This document shows, one piece after another, positions 27,267 through 36,977 of a DNA stretch of 64,000 nt (positions are counted from its first letter, which is position 1; the number at the start of each line of letters is the position of its first letter). The notes beneath the pieces are model-generated. The model worked only from the letters and a program-made list of their open reading frames with translations, made no database searches and was not told the DNA's origin. Source of the stretch: Christensenellaceae bacterium Phil1. Its GTDB lineage: Bacteria; Bacillota; Clostridia; Christensenellales; CAG-138. A program made the translations under genes and the position numbers. Location: the NCBI GenBank assembly GCA_001940855.1, contig MSGS01000065.1, forward strand, positions 19,107 through 83,106, given 5' to 3'.

Positions 27267-28931
27267 ATGAAGATAACTGCGGACTCAATGGTGTGCGAAA
27301 TAAAGCACGGGGAGAGCCTGCTTGACGCGGTGAAAAAGCTGGATCTTGACATGATGTCGCTTGCGTCGCGCCCGCTGGCGGCGCAGATAGGCGGCGAGGT
27401 ATTCAGCCTTAGATATACGCCGTTCAAGGACGTGGACATACATCTGCTTAACTATAAGGAAGAAGCAGGCAGAAGGGTATACGAACGCACGCTGCAATTC
27501 ATATTTATTGCGGCGGTAAGGCGGCTGTTCCCTGCGGCGCGGGTATGCGTAAGGTATACGCTCGGGCCGGGGCTGTATATAACAATAGATAAGGAGCCCG
27601 CGCTCGGCGAGCAGGACGTATTGAAGCTGGAAGCCGAAATGCGAAACATTGTACGCGCGGCAATACCGCTTGAAAGAAAGCGGTTGGATATAAAGGATGC
27701 GATAGACTTTTACGAGCGCGACGGGCAAACGGATAAGGCCGCGCTTTTGAAATGGCGCAAATTCAGCTATTTTGACGTATATACTATAGGCGGCTACATG
27801 GATTATTTCTATGGCGAAATGGCGCCGTCTACCGATTATGCGGACGTATTCCGCCTTAAATTCGTTGAAGGCGCGGTCATATTGCTCATGCCAAGAAGCG
27901 ACGAGCCGGACGTTCCGAGCGACTATGAACCCCTGCCGAAGCTCGGCATAGTGTTTAAGCAGAGCGACGATTGGGGCAAGCTGATGCATTGTTCAACCGT
28001 GGGAGAGCTGAATACGCTTGTATCCACCGGCAGGATACGCGAGCTTGTGCGCGTGAACGAGGCGCTGCATGAAAAAAGCTACGCCAACATTGCGGACAAA
28101 ATAGTGGCTCATTCCGCGCGGGCGGTGCTTGTTGCGGGGCCGAGCTCATCGGGAAAGACTACCAGCGCAAACCGCCTTGCAACTCAGCTTAGGGTGCTGG
28201 GGCAGGATCCAAAGATGCTTTCGCTCGATAATTACTATCTTGACCGCGACGCCATCCCTGCCGACAAAAACGGGCAGAAGGATCTTGAGCACATAAACAC
28301 GCTGGATATACCCCGCTTTTCAAGCGACCTTGCCGCCCTTATGCGCGGGGAGCAGGTGGAGGTTCCCGTGTTCGATTTCCTTACCGGCAAGCGCGCAAAG
28401 GAAGGCATAGTGATGCAGCTGCATCCCGACGAGCCGCTTATAATAGAGGGCATACATGCGTTAAACCCGATGCTGCTGAACGACGATATAGACCGCGATA
28501 AGCTTTTCCGCGTGTATGTAAGCGCGCTTACAACGCTGAATATAGACGACCACAACAGGATACACACAACCGATGCGCGGCTTCTGCGCCGCCTTGTGCG
28601 CGATTATGAAACCCGCGGCGCAAGCATGGAGCACACGCTTTCCATGTGGCCGAGCGTAAGGCGGGGCGAGGAAAAATGGATATTCCCGTATCAGGAAAAC
28701 GCGGACGCGCTTTTCAACACAACCCTTGTGTACGAGGTTTCCGTGCTGAAGAAATACGTTTATCCGCTGCTGCAGGAGGTGCCCAAGGAAAGCCCCTGCT
28801 ACGCCGCCGCGCGGGACATAACAAAGGTGCTGAACTACTTCCTTGATGCGGACGGGATAGAGGACGAAATACCGCCCACGAGCATACTGCGTGAATTTAT
28901 AGGCGGCTGCACGTTTTACAGAAAGGATTGA
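27267..28931 (+). CDS. Uridine-kinase/phosphoribulokinase-family nucleoside kinase with N-terminal TGS/ThrRS-like domains
   Basis: P-loop VLVAGPSSSGKTTSANRL, then LDNYY and LIIEGIHALNP, typical of Udk-family kinases. There is a long N-terminal extension. GGAGG RBS. Confidence 0.8.
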   Translation: MKITADSMVCEIKHGESLLDAVKKLDLDMMSLASRPLAAQIGGEVFSLRYTPFKDVDIHLLNYKEEAGRRVYERTLQFIFIAAVRRLFPAARVCVRYTLGPGLYITIDKEPALGEQDVLKLEAEMRNIVRAAIPLERKRLDIKDAIDFYERDGQTDKAALLKWRKFSYFDVYTIGGYMDYFYGEMAPSTDYADVFRLKFVEGAVILLMPRSDEPDVPSDYEPLPKLGIVFKQSDDWGKLMHCSTVGELNTLVSTGRIRELVRVNEALHEKSYANIADKIVAHSARAVLVAGPSSSGKTTSANRLATQLRVLGQDPKMLSLDNYYLDRDAIPADKNGQKDLEHINTLDIPRFSSDLAALMRGEQVEVPVFDFLTGKRAKEGIVMQLHPDEPLIIEGIHALNPMLLNDDIDRDKLFRVYVSALTTLNIDDHNRIHTTDARLLRRLVRDYETRGASMEHTLSMWPSVRRGEEKWIFPYQENADALFNTTLVYEVSVLKKYVYPLLQEVPKESPCYAAARDITKVLNYFLDADGIEDEIPPTSILREFIGGCTFYRKD

Positions 28932-28936
28932 TGAAT

Positions 28937-29698
28937 ATGCGGCTTGTATCATGGAACGTGAACGGGCTGCGCGCCTGCATGGGCAAAGGCTTCATGGAGT
29001 TTTTCCATACCGTGAACGCGGACATTGTGGCGCTGCAGGAGACCAAGCTTCAGTCGCACCAGATAGAGCTTGAGCTTGACGGCTACGAACAATATTGGCA
29101 CAGCGCGGAGAAAAAAGGATACAGCGGCACGGCGGTATTCACTAAGCAAAAGCCCCTCTCCGTAAGCTATGACCTGCCGGACATGGAAAACCTCGGCTTC
29201 CCGAACGAGGGCAGGGTGATAACGCTTGAATTTGACGAATTTTATTTTGTCAACTGCTATACGCCCAATTCCCAGCGGGAGCTTACGCGGCTTGAATTCC
29301 GCATGGATTGGGAGGACGAATTCAGGAAATACCTTACGGAGCTTGATAAGAAAAAGCCCGTAATAATGTGCGGCGACCTTAACGTTGCGCACGAGGAGAT
29401 TGACCTGAAGAACCCCAAAACAAACCATAACAACGCCGGCTTTACCGATAAGGAGCGCGCAAAGTTCAGCGAGCTTATGCAAAGCGGCTTTGTGGACAGC
29501 TTCCGCTATCTTTATCCGGACAAGCGGGATTGCTACTCCTGGTGGAGCTACATGGCCAATTCCCGCGCGCGCAACATAGGTTGGCGCATAGACTACTTTG
29601 TTGTGAGCGAGCGGTTTAAGCACAGGATAGAGGAAAGCAGCATACTGCCCGAGGTGACGGGCAGCGACCATTGCCCGGTTATGCTTGAAATACGCTGA
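28937..29698 (+). CDS. xth: Exodeoxyribonuclease III
   Basis: MRLVSWNVNGLRA...ALQETK...CGDLNVAHEEIDL...SDHCPV. An in-frame ATG at 28931 and TTG at 28928 are alternative starts. Confidence 0.92.
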   Translation: MRLVSWNVNGLRACMGKGFMEFFHTVNADIVALQETKLQSHQIELELDGYEQYWHSAEKKGYSGTAVFTKQKPLSVSYDLPDMENLGFPNEGRVITLEFDEFYFVNCYTPNSQRELTRLEFRMDWEDEFRKYLTELDKKKPVIMCGDLNVAHEEIDLKNPKTNHNNAGFTDKERAKFSELMQSGFVDSFRYLYPDKRDCYSWWSYMANSRARNIGWRIDYFVVSERFKHRIEESSILPEVTGSDHCPVMLEIR

Positions 29699-29724
29699 AA
29701 ATAAACAAATTCAGGGAGGATAAT

Positions 29725-30753
29725 ATGCACTACATCGACCTTAGAAGCGACACCGTTACCCAGCCCACCCTTGCCATGCGTGCTGCAATGGCCGCAGCGG
29801 AGGTTGGCGACGACGTATACGGCGACGACCCCACTATGAACGAGCTTGAAGCCCTTGCGGCCCAGATGCTGGGCAAGGAAGCGGCCATGTTCGCAACGAG
29901 CGGAACAATGGGCAACCAAATAGGCATAATGAGCCAAACCCGCCGTGGGGACGAGATAATAGCCGGGGCGGAAAGCCATATAATAATGCATGAGGTTGGC
30001 GCCGCGGCGGTGCTCAGCGGCGTGAACGTAAGGCAGATTGACTACCCGAACTGCATACCCGTGCCGGAGATGATAGCCGCGCGCATAAGGCCGGACGATA
30101 TACACGAACCGCCCACGGCGCTTATATGCCTTGAAAACGCGCTGGCGAACGGCCGCGTGGTACCGCTTGAAACAATGGCGGAAATACGAAAGATTGCGGA
30201 CGCGCATTCCCTGCCCATTCATCTTGACGGGGCGCGCGTATTCAACGCCGCAACGGCGCTGGGCGTTGACGTGAAGGAAATAACCAAATATGCAGACACG
30301 GTGTCCTGCTGCCTGTCCAAGGGCCTGTGCGCCCCCGTTGGCGCGGTGTTGGCGGGGCCTAAGGCCACAATAGAGCGCGCAAGAAAATGCAGAAAGATGC
30401 TCGGCGGCGGCATGCGGCAGTGCGGCATACTGGGCGCGGCGGGCATAATAGCGCTAAAGGACATGACAAAGCGGCTGGGCGAGGACCACGCAAACGCCAA
30501 GCTTATGGCGAATCTGCTTAACAAGATAGACGGCGTGAGCGTGGACGTGGACGCCGTAGAGATAAACATGGTATTCTTTAAGGTGGATAAGGACGCCGCG
30601 CTAAAGGACAGGCTGCCCGAGCTTATGAAGGAGAAGGGCATACTTATAAATCCCGAAGAGCTTGGCGAATTCCGCTTCGTTACCAATAACGATGTTTCAA
30701 CAAAGGATGTTGAATACGCCGTAAGCACGTTTGCATCACTTATAAACGCATAA
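29725..30753 (+). CDS. ltaE: Low-specificity L-threonine aldolase (PLP-dependent)
   Basis: IDLRSDTVTQPTLAMRAAMAAAEVGDDVYGDDPTMNELEALAAQMLGKEAAMFATSGTMGNQ, plus CLSKGLCAPVG containing the PLP lysine. Confidence 0.9.
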   Translation: MHYIDLRSDTVTQPTLAMRAAMAAAEVGDDVYGDDPTMNELEALAAQMLGKEAAMFATSGTMGNQIGIMSQTRRGDEIIAGAESHIIMHEVGAAAVLSGVNVRQIDYPNCIPVPEMIAARIRPDDIHEPPTALICLENALANGRVVPLETMAEIRKIADAHSLPIHLDGARVFNAATALGVDVKEITKYADTVSCCLSKGLCAPVGAVLAGPKATIERARKCRKMLGGGMRQCGILGAAGIIALKDMTKRLGEDHANAKLMANLLNKIDGVSVDVDAVEINMVFFKVDKDAALKDRLPELMKEKGILINPEELGEFRFVTNNDVSTKDVEYAVSTFASLINA

Positions 30754-30777
30754 ACAAAACAAGGAGGGTATGAATAT

Positions 30778-31509
30778 ATGGCAACCAAAGTCTGGGCGCA
30801 CAGGGGCGCCAGCGGCTATGCGCCGGAAAACACGATTCCTGCGTTTAAGCTGGCCGTGGAGCAGAAGGCGGACGGCGTTGAGCTGGACGTGCATCTTAGC
30901 AGCGACGGCAAGCTGATGGTCATTCACGACGAAACCGTTGACCGCACATCCAACGGTACGGGCCGCGTGGTGGACATGACCTGCCAGGAACTGAAGAAGC
31001 TGGACTTTTCAAACGGCATGCCCGGCTATAAGGACGTGCGCATCCCTACACTAAAAGAGGTGTACGGATTGCTGAAGAACACGAACCTTACCATAAACGT
31101 TGAAATAAAGTGCGACGTGGTGATATATTACGGCATTTGGGACAAGGTTATTGAGCTGGAACGCGAAATGGGCATGCAGGGCAGGATAATCTATTCCTCC
31201 TTCAATCATTACGTTCTGATGAAGCTGAGGGAGGTTGACCCCAAGGCGAAGATAGGCCTGCTTTATTCCGAGGCTATGGTTGACCCGTGGGTATATGCCA
31301 ACTATCTGCATGCGGACGCGATACATCCGCATTATCTGGCGGCGCTGGGCTGCCCGGGGCTGATAGAAGGCTGCAAAAAGGCGGGGGTGGAAATCCACCC
31401 GTGGACCTGCAACGACGAGCAGGTGGTGTGCGATTTGGCGTCCGCGGGCATAGAGGCCGTTATAACCAACTATCCGGATAAGGCGCGCGAAGCAATAGAG
31501 AACAGATAA
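30778..31509 (+). CDS. Glycerophosphodiester phosphodiesterase
   Basis: VWAHRGASGYAPENTIPAFKLAVEQKADGVELDVHLSSDGKLMVIHDETVDRTSNG is the GDPD signature. No signal peptide. Confidence 0.9.
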   Translation: MATKVWAHRGASGYAPENTIPAFKLAVEQKADGVELDVHLSSDGKLMVIHDETVDRTSNGTGRVVDMTCQELKKLDFSNGMPGYKDVRIPTLKEVYGLLKNTNLTINVEIKCDVVIYYGIWDKVIELEREMGMQGRIIYSSFNHYVLMKLREVDPKAKIGLLYSEAMVDPWVYANYLHADAIHPHYLAALGCPGLIEGCKKAGVEIHPWTCNDEQVVCDLASAGIEAVITNYPDKAREAIENR

Positions 31510-31520
31510 ACACGGGACGT

Positions 31521-31554
31521 AAGGATTCCTCCACGCAAGAGGAGGAGTCCTTTT
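31521..31554 (+). terminator. Rho-independent terminator after the phosphodiesterase gene
   Basis: AAGGATTCCTCC-ACGCAAGA-GGAGGAGTCCTTTT. Confidence 0.6.
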
Positions 31555-31564
31555 ATATTGAAAT

Positions 31565-32245
31565 ATGGACGCATTAAAGACGATTGCCACCATAAGGAGC
31601 GATTTTACTACAAAGTTCGGCATACCGCGCCAAAGCGGGCTTGCGGCGGCGCAGCTTTCAACAATAGTATTCGAAAGCGAATACCGCGACGAAAACGCCC
31701 TGCGCGGGCTGGACGGCTATTCGCATATATGGCTCATATGGGGCTTCAGCGAGGTAAAGGCGGAGCGTTGGTCGCCAATGGTGAAGCCGCCGCGCCTTGG
31801 CGGGAACAAGCGCATGGGCGTGTTTGCCACGCGCTCCCCGTACAGGCCGAACCCGATAGGGCTTTCCTCTGTAAAGCTTGAAGGGATAGAGAAGCGGCCG
31901 AACCTTGGCACGGTGCTTATAGTATCGGGCGCGGATCTTATGGACGGCACGCCTATATACGATATCAAGCCATATCTTTCATTTACGGATAGCCATCCCG
32001 ATGCGAAGAACGGCTTCGCCGGGGAGCGGTTGAGCTATGCGCTGAAGGTTGAAATTCCGGACGAGCTTATGGCCATGATACCCCAAAGTAAACGCGACGC
32101 GCTGACGGAGTCCCTTTCGCAGGACCCGCGCCCGGCATACCTTACGGAGCCGGATACGCCGTTCGGCTTTGAATACGCCGGATTTGACGTGCGCTTTAAG
32201 GTGAACGGCGATACGCTTACGGTATACGAAATAATAAGGCTGTAA
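31565..32245 (+). CDS. trmO: tRNA (N6-threonylcarbamoyladenosine(37)-N6)-methyltransferase TrmO (YaeB/TsaA family)
   Basis: IATIRSDFTTKFGIPRQSGL...YSHIWLIWGFS...GVFATRSPYRPNPIGLSSVKLEGI...DLMDGTPIYDIKPY. Confidence 0.88.
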   Translation: MDALKTIATIRSDFTTKFGIPRQSGLAAAQLSTIVFESEYRDENALRGLDGYSHIWLIWGFSEVKAERWSPMVKPPRLGGNKRMGVFATRSPYRPNPIGLSSVKLEGIEKRPNLGTVLIVSGADLMDGTPIYDIKPYLSFTDSHPDAKNGFAGERLSYALKVEIPDELMAMIPQSKRDALTESLSQDPRPAYLTEPDTPFGFEYAGFDVRFKVNGDTLTVYEIIRL

Positions 32246-32309
32246 AAATGCCATTGACAAATGCTTCCAAAATGATATCATAATAATATCATGAAGGAGG
32301 CGTTTTATT

Positions 32310-33320
32310 ATGCAGGAAAAGATTCTATCAAACAAGAAAAACGGTATGCTTATGCTTCTTGTAAGCGTATTGCTGTATTTTGCATCAATAGCGCTTATTG
32401 TATTCGGCGCGATATACGATATAACGCTGCTTTGCGTTATAGGCATACTTTGGGTATGCTTGGGTTGGATGCTGTTTTTAGGGCTGAAGGTGCTTAAACC
32501 GCAGGAGGCGCTGGTGCTTACGCTTTTCGGCAAATACATAGGCACCATAAGGGAGGCAGGGTTTTACTTTGTTAACCCATTCTGCACTGCGGTAAATCCT
32601 GCCGCAAAAACAAAGCTGAGCCAGAGCGGGGACGTTAACGGAGCCGGGAGCAAGCAGGTGCTTATAAACACGGCGGAGATGGCGACGGCAAACGCCGAAA
32701 TACCGAGCAAGCGGATATCACTCAAGATTATGACGCTTAACAATAACCGTCAGAAAATAAATGACTGCCTTGGCAATCCTGTTGAAATAGGCATAGCGGT
32801 AATGTGGCGCGTGGTTGACACGGCAAAGGCTGTTTTCAATGTTGATAATTATAAAGAATACCTGTCGCTTCAATGTGACAGCGCGCTCAGAAATATAGTG
32901 CGCATATATCCTTACGACGTTGCTCCCAACGTGGACACAACCGGCGACGGCATAGCAGACGAGGGCAGTCTGCGCGGCTCAAGCGAGGTTGTAGCCAACC
33001 GCATACGCGATGAAATACAGCAAAAAGTGGCGGAAGCCGGGCTTGAAATAATAGAAGCGCGAATAACATATCTTGCCTATGCTCCGGAAATTGCGGCGGT
33101 GATGCTGCAGCGCCAGCAGGCGTCGGCAATAATAGACGCCCGCAAAATGATAGTTGACGGCGCGGTGGGAATGGTTGAGATGGCGCTTGAACGGCTGAGC
33201 GAAAACGACGTTGTGCGGCTTGATGATGAGCGCAAGGCGGCAATGGTATCAAACCTGCTTGTTGTTCTTTGCGGCAATCGTGATGCGCAGCCTATTGTTA
33301 ACAGCGGCAGCTTGTATTGA
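32310..33320 (+). CDS. SPFH/band-7 domain membrane protein
   Basis: Two N-terminal TM helices are followed by [31 protein letters not shown] and a coiled-coil C-terminal region typical of SPFH proteins. AAGGAGG RBS. Confidence 0.85.
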   Translation: MQEKILSNKKNGMLMLLVSVLLYFASIALIVFGAIYDITLLCVIGILWVCLGWMLFLGLKVLKPQEALVLTLFGKYIGTIREAGFYFVNPFCTAVNPAAKTKLSQSGDVNGAGSKQVLINTAEMATANAEIPSKRISLKIMTLNNNRQKINDCLGNPVEIGIAVMWRVVDTAKAVFNVDNYKEYLSLQCDSALRNIVRIYPYDVAPNVDTTGDGIADEGSLRGSSEVVANRIRDEIQQKVAEAGLEIIEARITYLAYAPEIAAVMLQRQQASAIIDARKMIVDGAVGMVEMALERLSENDVVRLDDERKAAMVSNLLVVLCGNRDAQPIVNSGSLY

Positions 33321-33323
33321 CAT

Positions 33324-33530
33324 ATGGCGGCAGATAACGCAAAAAAACAGATACCGCTTAGATTATCACCCAAGCTATATGCCGCGATAGCACAATGGGC
33401 GGAAGATGATTTCAGATCGGTAAACGGCCAGATTGAATATCTGTTGAGCGAATGTGTGCGCCAGCGGAAGAAGAGCGGAGCAAGCACACCAAAGGAATTT
33501 GATATTCCGCCAAACCTTGAGATTGAATAA
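33324..33530 (+). CDS. Small ribbon-helix-helix (Arc/CopG-like) protein
   Basis: 68 aa, starting 3 nt after the SPFH stop. [39 protein letters not shown] fits a beta-strand plus two-helix RHH pattern. This is a fold inference from sequence only. Confidence 0.55.
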   Translation: MAADNAKKQIPLRLSPKLYAAIAQWAEDDFRSVNGQIEYLLSECVRQRKKSGASTPKEFDIPPNLEIE

Positions 33531-33576
33531 AAAGCGGGGCGCAGGGGGTAATCCATGCGTCCCGTTTGCGTTCAGC

Positions 33577-33738
33577 TTACCAGTTGCACATGCGGTCAAT
33601 AGCGCGCTTGCCGGTTTTTATCATCCTTTTTGAATCGCGGACGGCTCGCCTGGATACGTCCGGATACATTGCGCACACGGCCGCGGCCGCTACGGCCATG
33701 CCGGCGGCCAAGCCCGCCGCAAAAGCTACAGTTTTCAT
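33577..33738 (-). CDS. Small (53-aa) single-TM hypothetical protein
   Basis: ATG 33738 is preceded by an AGGAG RBS 8 nt upstream. MKTVAFAAGLAAGMAVAAAAVCAM is one hydrophobic helix, followed by a basic tail. Confidence 0.45.
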   Translation of the reverse strand: MKTVAFAAGLAAGMAVAAAAVCAMYPDVSRRAVRDSKRMIKTGKRAIDRMCNW

Positions 33739-33852
33739 GCCCCTTATCTCCTTTCGCACTTTTTATTTAGCTTTTGTAATTTGGACGGAAATTTTCAAGG
33801 GAAAATTTGGCGAAGGAGATGGGGGAGCGAGGTTAAGATTTTTTATGGCCAA

Positions 33853-34025
33853 CCTCAAAAGACGCCACCGCATGCTGGGGAGATGGCAATACGCCGTAAG
33901 GCGGATTGTCTGAGGGGGAACAGCAAGATAGCTTGGCATCTTCGAGCCGTTCCCCTTTCGGCCACTCACTTCGTTCGTGTCCACTTTCCCCGTAAACGGG
34001 GATAGCTTTGGGACGGTGGTAGCAC
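33853..34025. repeat. Composite repeat element: forward module + spacer + reverse module (inverted pair)
   Basis: CTCAAAAGACGCCACC..GGGGAGATGGCAATA-CGCCGTAAGGCG-GATTGTCTGAGGGGGAACAGCAAGATAGCTTGGC...TTCCCCTTTCG..ACTTTCCCCGTAAACGGGGATAGCTTTGGG..GGTAGCAC. It is homologous to the elements at 39499-39652 and 52405-52548. Confidence 0.75.
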
Positions 34026-34053
34026 AAAAAAACTCCCCACAGGGGGAGTTTTT
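34026..34053. terminator. Bidirectional terminator downstream of iscU (A7-CTCCCC-ACAG-GGGGAG-T5)
   Basis: A perfect 6-bp GC stem is flanked by A7 and T5 runs. On the minus strand it gives a T7 tract immediately after the iscU stop. Confidence 0.7.
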
Positions 34054-34067
34054 GGTACTTATGGCTT

Positions 34068-34508
34068 TCAGTGCTCGTGCGGCTCTTCATGCTCGCAGGA
34101 GCATTTGGTGTTTTCAACTTCCTTGGCCTTGTCCTCCATGCCCTTCTTGCGGTAGTAGTCCGCTATGGCCGCGCGGACGGCTTCTTCGGCAAGCACGGAA
34201 CAGTGTATCTTCTGCGGGGGCAGACCTTCCAGCGCCTCCACAACGGCGGAATTTGAAAGCTGGAGCGCTTCTTCTATGCTTTTGCCCTTTATCAGCTCCG
34301 TAGCCATGGAGCTGGTGGCTATGGCCGCGCCGCAGCCGAAGGTTTTGAAGCCCACGTCCTCGATGATGCCGTCGTCATTTACCTTGAGGAACATCTGCAT
34401 TATGTCGCCGCACTTGGCGTTGCCAACCATGCCTACGCCGTTTGCATCATCCAATGCGCCCACGTTGCGGGGATGCTCAAAATGGTCAAGAACCTTTTCG
34501 GTATACAT
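34068..34508 (-). CDS. iscU: Fe-S cluster assembly scaffold protein (NifU/IscU type)
   Basis: VLDHFEHPRNVGALDDANGVGMVGNAKCGDIMQMFLKVNDDGIIEDVGFKTFGCGAAIATSSM, with a His-rich C-terminal tail. Confidence 0.93.
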   Translation of the reverse strand: MYTEKVLDHFEHPRNVGALDDANGVGMVGNAKCGDIMQMFLKVNDDGIIEDVGFKTFGCGAAIATSSMATELIKGKSIEEALQLSNSAVVEALEGLPPQKIHCSVLAEEAVRAAIADYYRKKGMEDKAKEVENTKCSCEHEEPHEH

Positions 34509-34540
34509 ATCTATATTTTCTCCTTCCGTTTTAGCTTATT

Positions 34541-35704
34541 TTAGTCTATGGGGCTGATGGGACTCATCGCCCTGAGCCTGTGCGCCACCTTGGGCAGCGT
34601 TTCAAGCACGTAATCGATATCTTCATCGGTGGTGTCATCGCCCAGCGTCATGCGGACGGAGCCGTGCGCAACCTCGTGCGTAAGACCCAGCGCCAGCAGC
34701 ACATGGGACGGGTCAAGGCTGCCGCTGGTGCAGGCGGAGCCGCTGGAGGCCGCTATGCCGGCCATGTCCAGCATAAGCAGTATGCTTTCGCCTTCAATAT
34801 ATTTAATGGAGAAGTTCACGTTGTTGGGCAGGCGCTTTGTCCTGTGCCCGTTCAGCTTAACTTCGGGAATGGTGGACTCTATGCCCTCTATCAGCCTGTC
34901 GCGCATCCTTGTCATGCGGGCGGAGGTTTCGCTCATGTTGGTAACGGCAAGCTCAAGCGCCTCGCCAAGGCCAACTATACCGGCAACGTTCTCGGTACCG
35001 GCGCGGCGGCCTTTTTCCTGCTCTCCGCCTATTATGTAGCTGGGCAGGCGTATTCCCTTGCGCTCATACAGCACGCCAACGCCCTTGGGGCCGTGGAACT
35101 TATGGCCGGAGATGGATAGCATATCTATGCCCATTGCCTTAACGTCAATGGGGATATGACCCGCTGCCTGCACGGCGTCCGTATGGAACAGCACGCCCTT
35201 TTCATGGCACACGGCGGCAATTTCCGGAATGGGCATTATGGTACCCACTTCGTTATTGGCGAACATTACGCTTACAAGAATGGTTTTATCTGTGATGGCG
35301 TCGCGCACCTGCTCCGGGGTGACAAGGCCGTCCTTATCAACGGGCAGGTAGGTCACCTTTATGCCCTTTTTCTCAAGCGCGGCGCAGCTATGCAGTATTG
35401 CGTGATGCTCCACATTGGTGGTGATTATATGGTCGCCCTTCTTGGCATATCTTTCCGCAACGCCGAAAAGCACGGTATTGTCGCTTTCGGTGCCGCAGCC
35501 GGTGAATACTATTTCGCTCGGGTCGGCATTTATGGCGCGGGCCACCTGCTCGCGCGCATGCTCGACGCCTATGCGGGCGGTCTGGCCGAAGGAGTGCGGG
35601 CTTGATGCGTTGCCGTATATGTCCGTAAGGTACGGCATCATCTTTTCAAGCACCTTTGGGGAAAGGGCCGTTGTGGCCGCATTGTCAAGATAAACCTTTC
35701 TCAT
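34541..35704 (-). CDS. iscS: Cysteine desulfurase (NifS/IscS type)
   Basis: [23 protein letters not shown]...[14 protein letters not shown] (PLP lysine)...[10 protein letters not shown] (active-site Cys loop). Confidence 0.93.
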   Translation of the reverse strand: MRKVYLDNAATTALSPKVLEKMMPYLTDIYGNASSPHSFGQTARIGVEHAREQVARAINADPSEIVFTGCGTESDNTVLFGVAERYAKKGDHIITTNVEHHAILHSCAALEKKGIKVTYLPVDKDGLVTPEQVRDAITDKTILVSVMFANNEVGTIMPIPEIAAVCHEKGVLFHTDAVQAAGHIPIDVKAMGIDMLSISGHKFHGPKGVGVLYERKGIRLPSYIIGGEQEKGRRAGTENVAGIVGLGEALELAVTNMSETSARMTRMRDRLIEGIESTIPEVKLNGHRTKRLPNNVNFSIKYIEGESILLMLDMAGIAASSGSACTSGSLDPSHVLLALGLTHEVAHGSVRMTLGDDTTDEDIDYVLETLPKVAHRLRAMSPISPID

Positions 35705-36249
35705 TTGTCCTCTGTCTCCTGATCTGCATAAAATTTATCCATATTTATTGTTCTGCGCTTGGTGTAGGAGCCTTTTGGCGTGGGCCTGCGCACCATTGGA
35801 ATATGGTATTCGTCGCCCTTGCCGCAGCGTTCAAGCTGGCTTTTATAATCCTCCGCCATGTCCGCAAGGGTGGTGGAAAACAGCACCTCGTTTATGCGAC
35901 CCTGAAGCTTGAGCCAAAGCGGGCGGGCGGAGCAGCTGCACGCATTGATGCAGGCGGCGTTTTCCGTGCCTACACAGCTTACCAAATCCGTGTCCCCTTC
36001 AAGCACCCTTAGCACCGTGCCTACGTATATATCCTCCGGCGCGCGGCTAAGCTCATAACCGCCGTATGCCCCGCGGGAGCCGATTATAAGCCCCGCTTTT
36101 TTAAGCTGGCTTATCATTTGCTCAAGATAGGACGTACTTATGTCCTGCCTCTGCGCAAGGCTCAGCGCGCTTACCGGGCCGTTGCCGTATTCAATGGCAA
36201 GATCTACCATGGCCTTTAATCCATAGCGCCCTTTTGTGGAGAAGAACAT
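35701..36249 (-). CDS. iscR: Rrf2-family transcriptional regulator (IscR-like) with a ~40-aa C-terminal extension
   Basis: [55 protein letters not shown] is the Rrf2 wHTH. The Cys cluster is [19 protein letters not shown] 36249 has a GAGGTG RBS. It is first in the operon with iscS and iscU. Confidence 0.85.
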   Translation of the reverse strand: MFFSTKGRYGLKAMVDLAIEYGNGPVSALSLAQRQDISTSYLEQMISQLKKAGLIIGSRGAYGGYELSRAPEDIYVGTVLRVLEGDTDLVSCVGTENAACINACSCSARPLWLKLQGRINEVLFSTTLADMAEDYKSQLERCGKGDEYHIPMVRRPTPKGSYTKRRTINMDKFYADQETEDK

Positions 36250-36295
36250 TACCACGTCACCTCAATTCCTACCAATGCAGTATGATTTCATATGT

Positions 36296-36324
36296 AATAT
36301 ACTACCTTTGTTCAGTTTTGTCAA
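36296..36324 (-). promoter_or_regulatory. Putative promoter of the iscR-iscS-iscU operon (TTGACA, 17 nt, TATATT) with an overlapping inverted repeat
   Basis: The minus strand reads TTGACAaaactgaacaaaggtagTATATT. The inverted repeat AGTAT-N15-ATACT (36278-36304) overlaps the -10 and is a plausible Rrf2 operator. Confidence 0.5.
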
Positions 36325-36354
36325 CACCGCTATTAAATATGATATGTAAAAATT

Positions 36355-36378
36355 GCGAAAAACGGGCAAAATTGCCCG
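36355..36378 (-). terminator. Rho-independent terminator after the MarR-type gene
   Basis: The minus strand reads GCGGGCAATTTTGCCCGTTTTTCGCAATTTTT. Confidence 0.5.
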
Positions 36379-36385
36379 CTTATGC

Positions 36386-36832
36386 CTATCCGTCCAGTCT
36401 TTCCTTCAATCCGGTAAGGCTTTTGTTCATTTCGTTCAGTATGCTCAGCGCCTCGTCCCGCTCCTCTGCGGAGAATGTTTCCATCATGGTGGTGTATATC
36501 ATTTCGAAGTCAATATCGCACCAGCGGGCGTAATCCGCGCCCTTCTGGGTCAGCCGTATCCTTACGCAGCGGGTATCGAGCTTGTCCCGCACGCGCTTAA
36601 CGAAGCCCGCCGCCTCAAGTCTGCGCAGAGACACGCCCGCGCTGGCCTTTGTAACGCCAAGCTGGGAAGCAAGCTCTATCTGCGTCGGCGCGCCGAGTTT
36701 GCTTATTGCAAAAAGCACCTGCGGCTGGCCGGGATAGAGGCCGTATTTGCTCAGCGTTTTCTGCATGCAGACATTATATGTGCGCATAAGCTCGCAAAAC
36801 GCTTCGCTTACGGCTGCTGTGGGCGCGTTCAT
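36386..36832 (-). CDS. MarR-family transcriptional regulator
   Basis: 148 aa from ATG 36832 (GGAGGA RBS). LYPGQPQVLFAISKLGAPTQIELASQLGVTKASAGVSLRRLEAAGFVKRVRDKLDTRCVRIRLTQKG is the MarR wHTH. Confidence 0.85.
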   Translation of the reverse strand: MNAPTAAVSEAFCELMRTYNVCMQKTLSKYGLYPGQPQVLFAISKLGAPTQIELASQLGVTKASAGVSLRRLEAAGFVKRVRDKLDTRCVRIRLTQKGADYARWCDIDFEMIYTTMMETFSAEERDEALSILNEMNKSLTGLKERLDG

Positions 36833-36977
36833 GGGCGTGAATCCTCCGTCAAAAAACCTTAGCGTTATTATCCTGTAAACTCCGCTCTTAGTCAAGGCCA
36901 TGCGAAAACATTTGCGGCATATGTCGCTTTGTGGTATGATATATGCTGATATAATTTTTTATCAAAACGGAGGGCCT

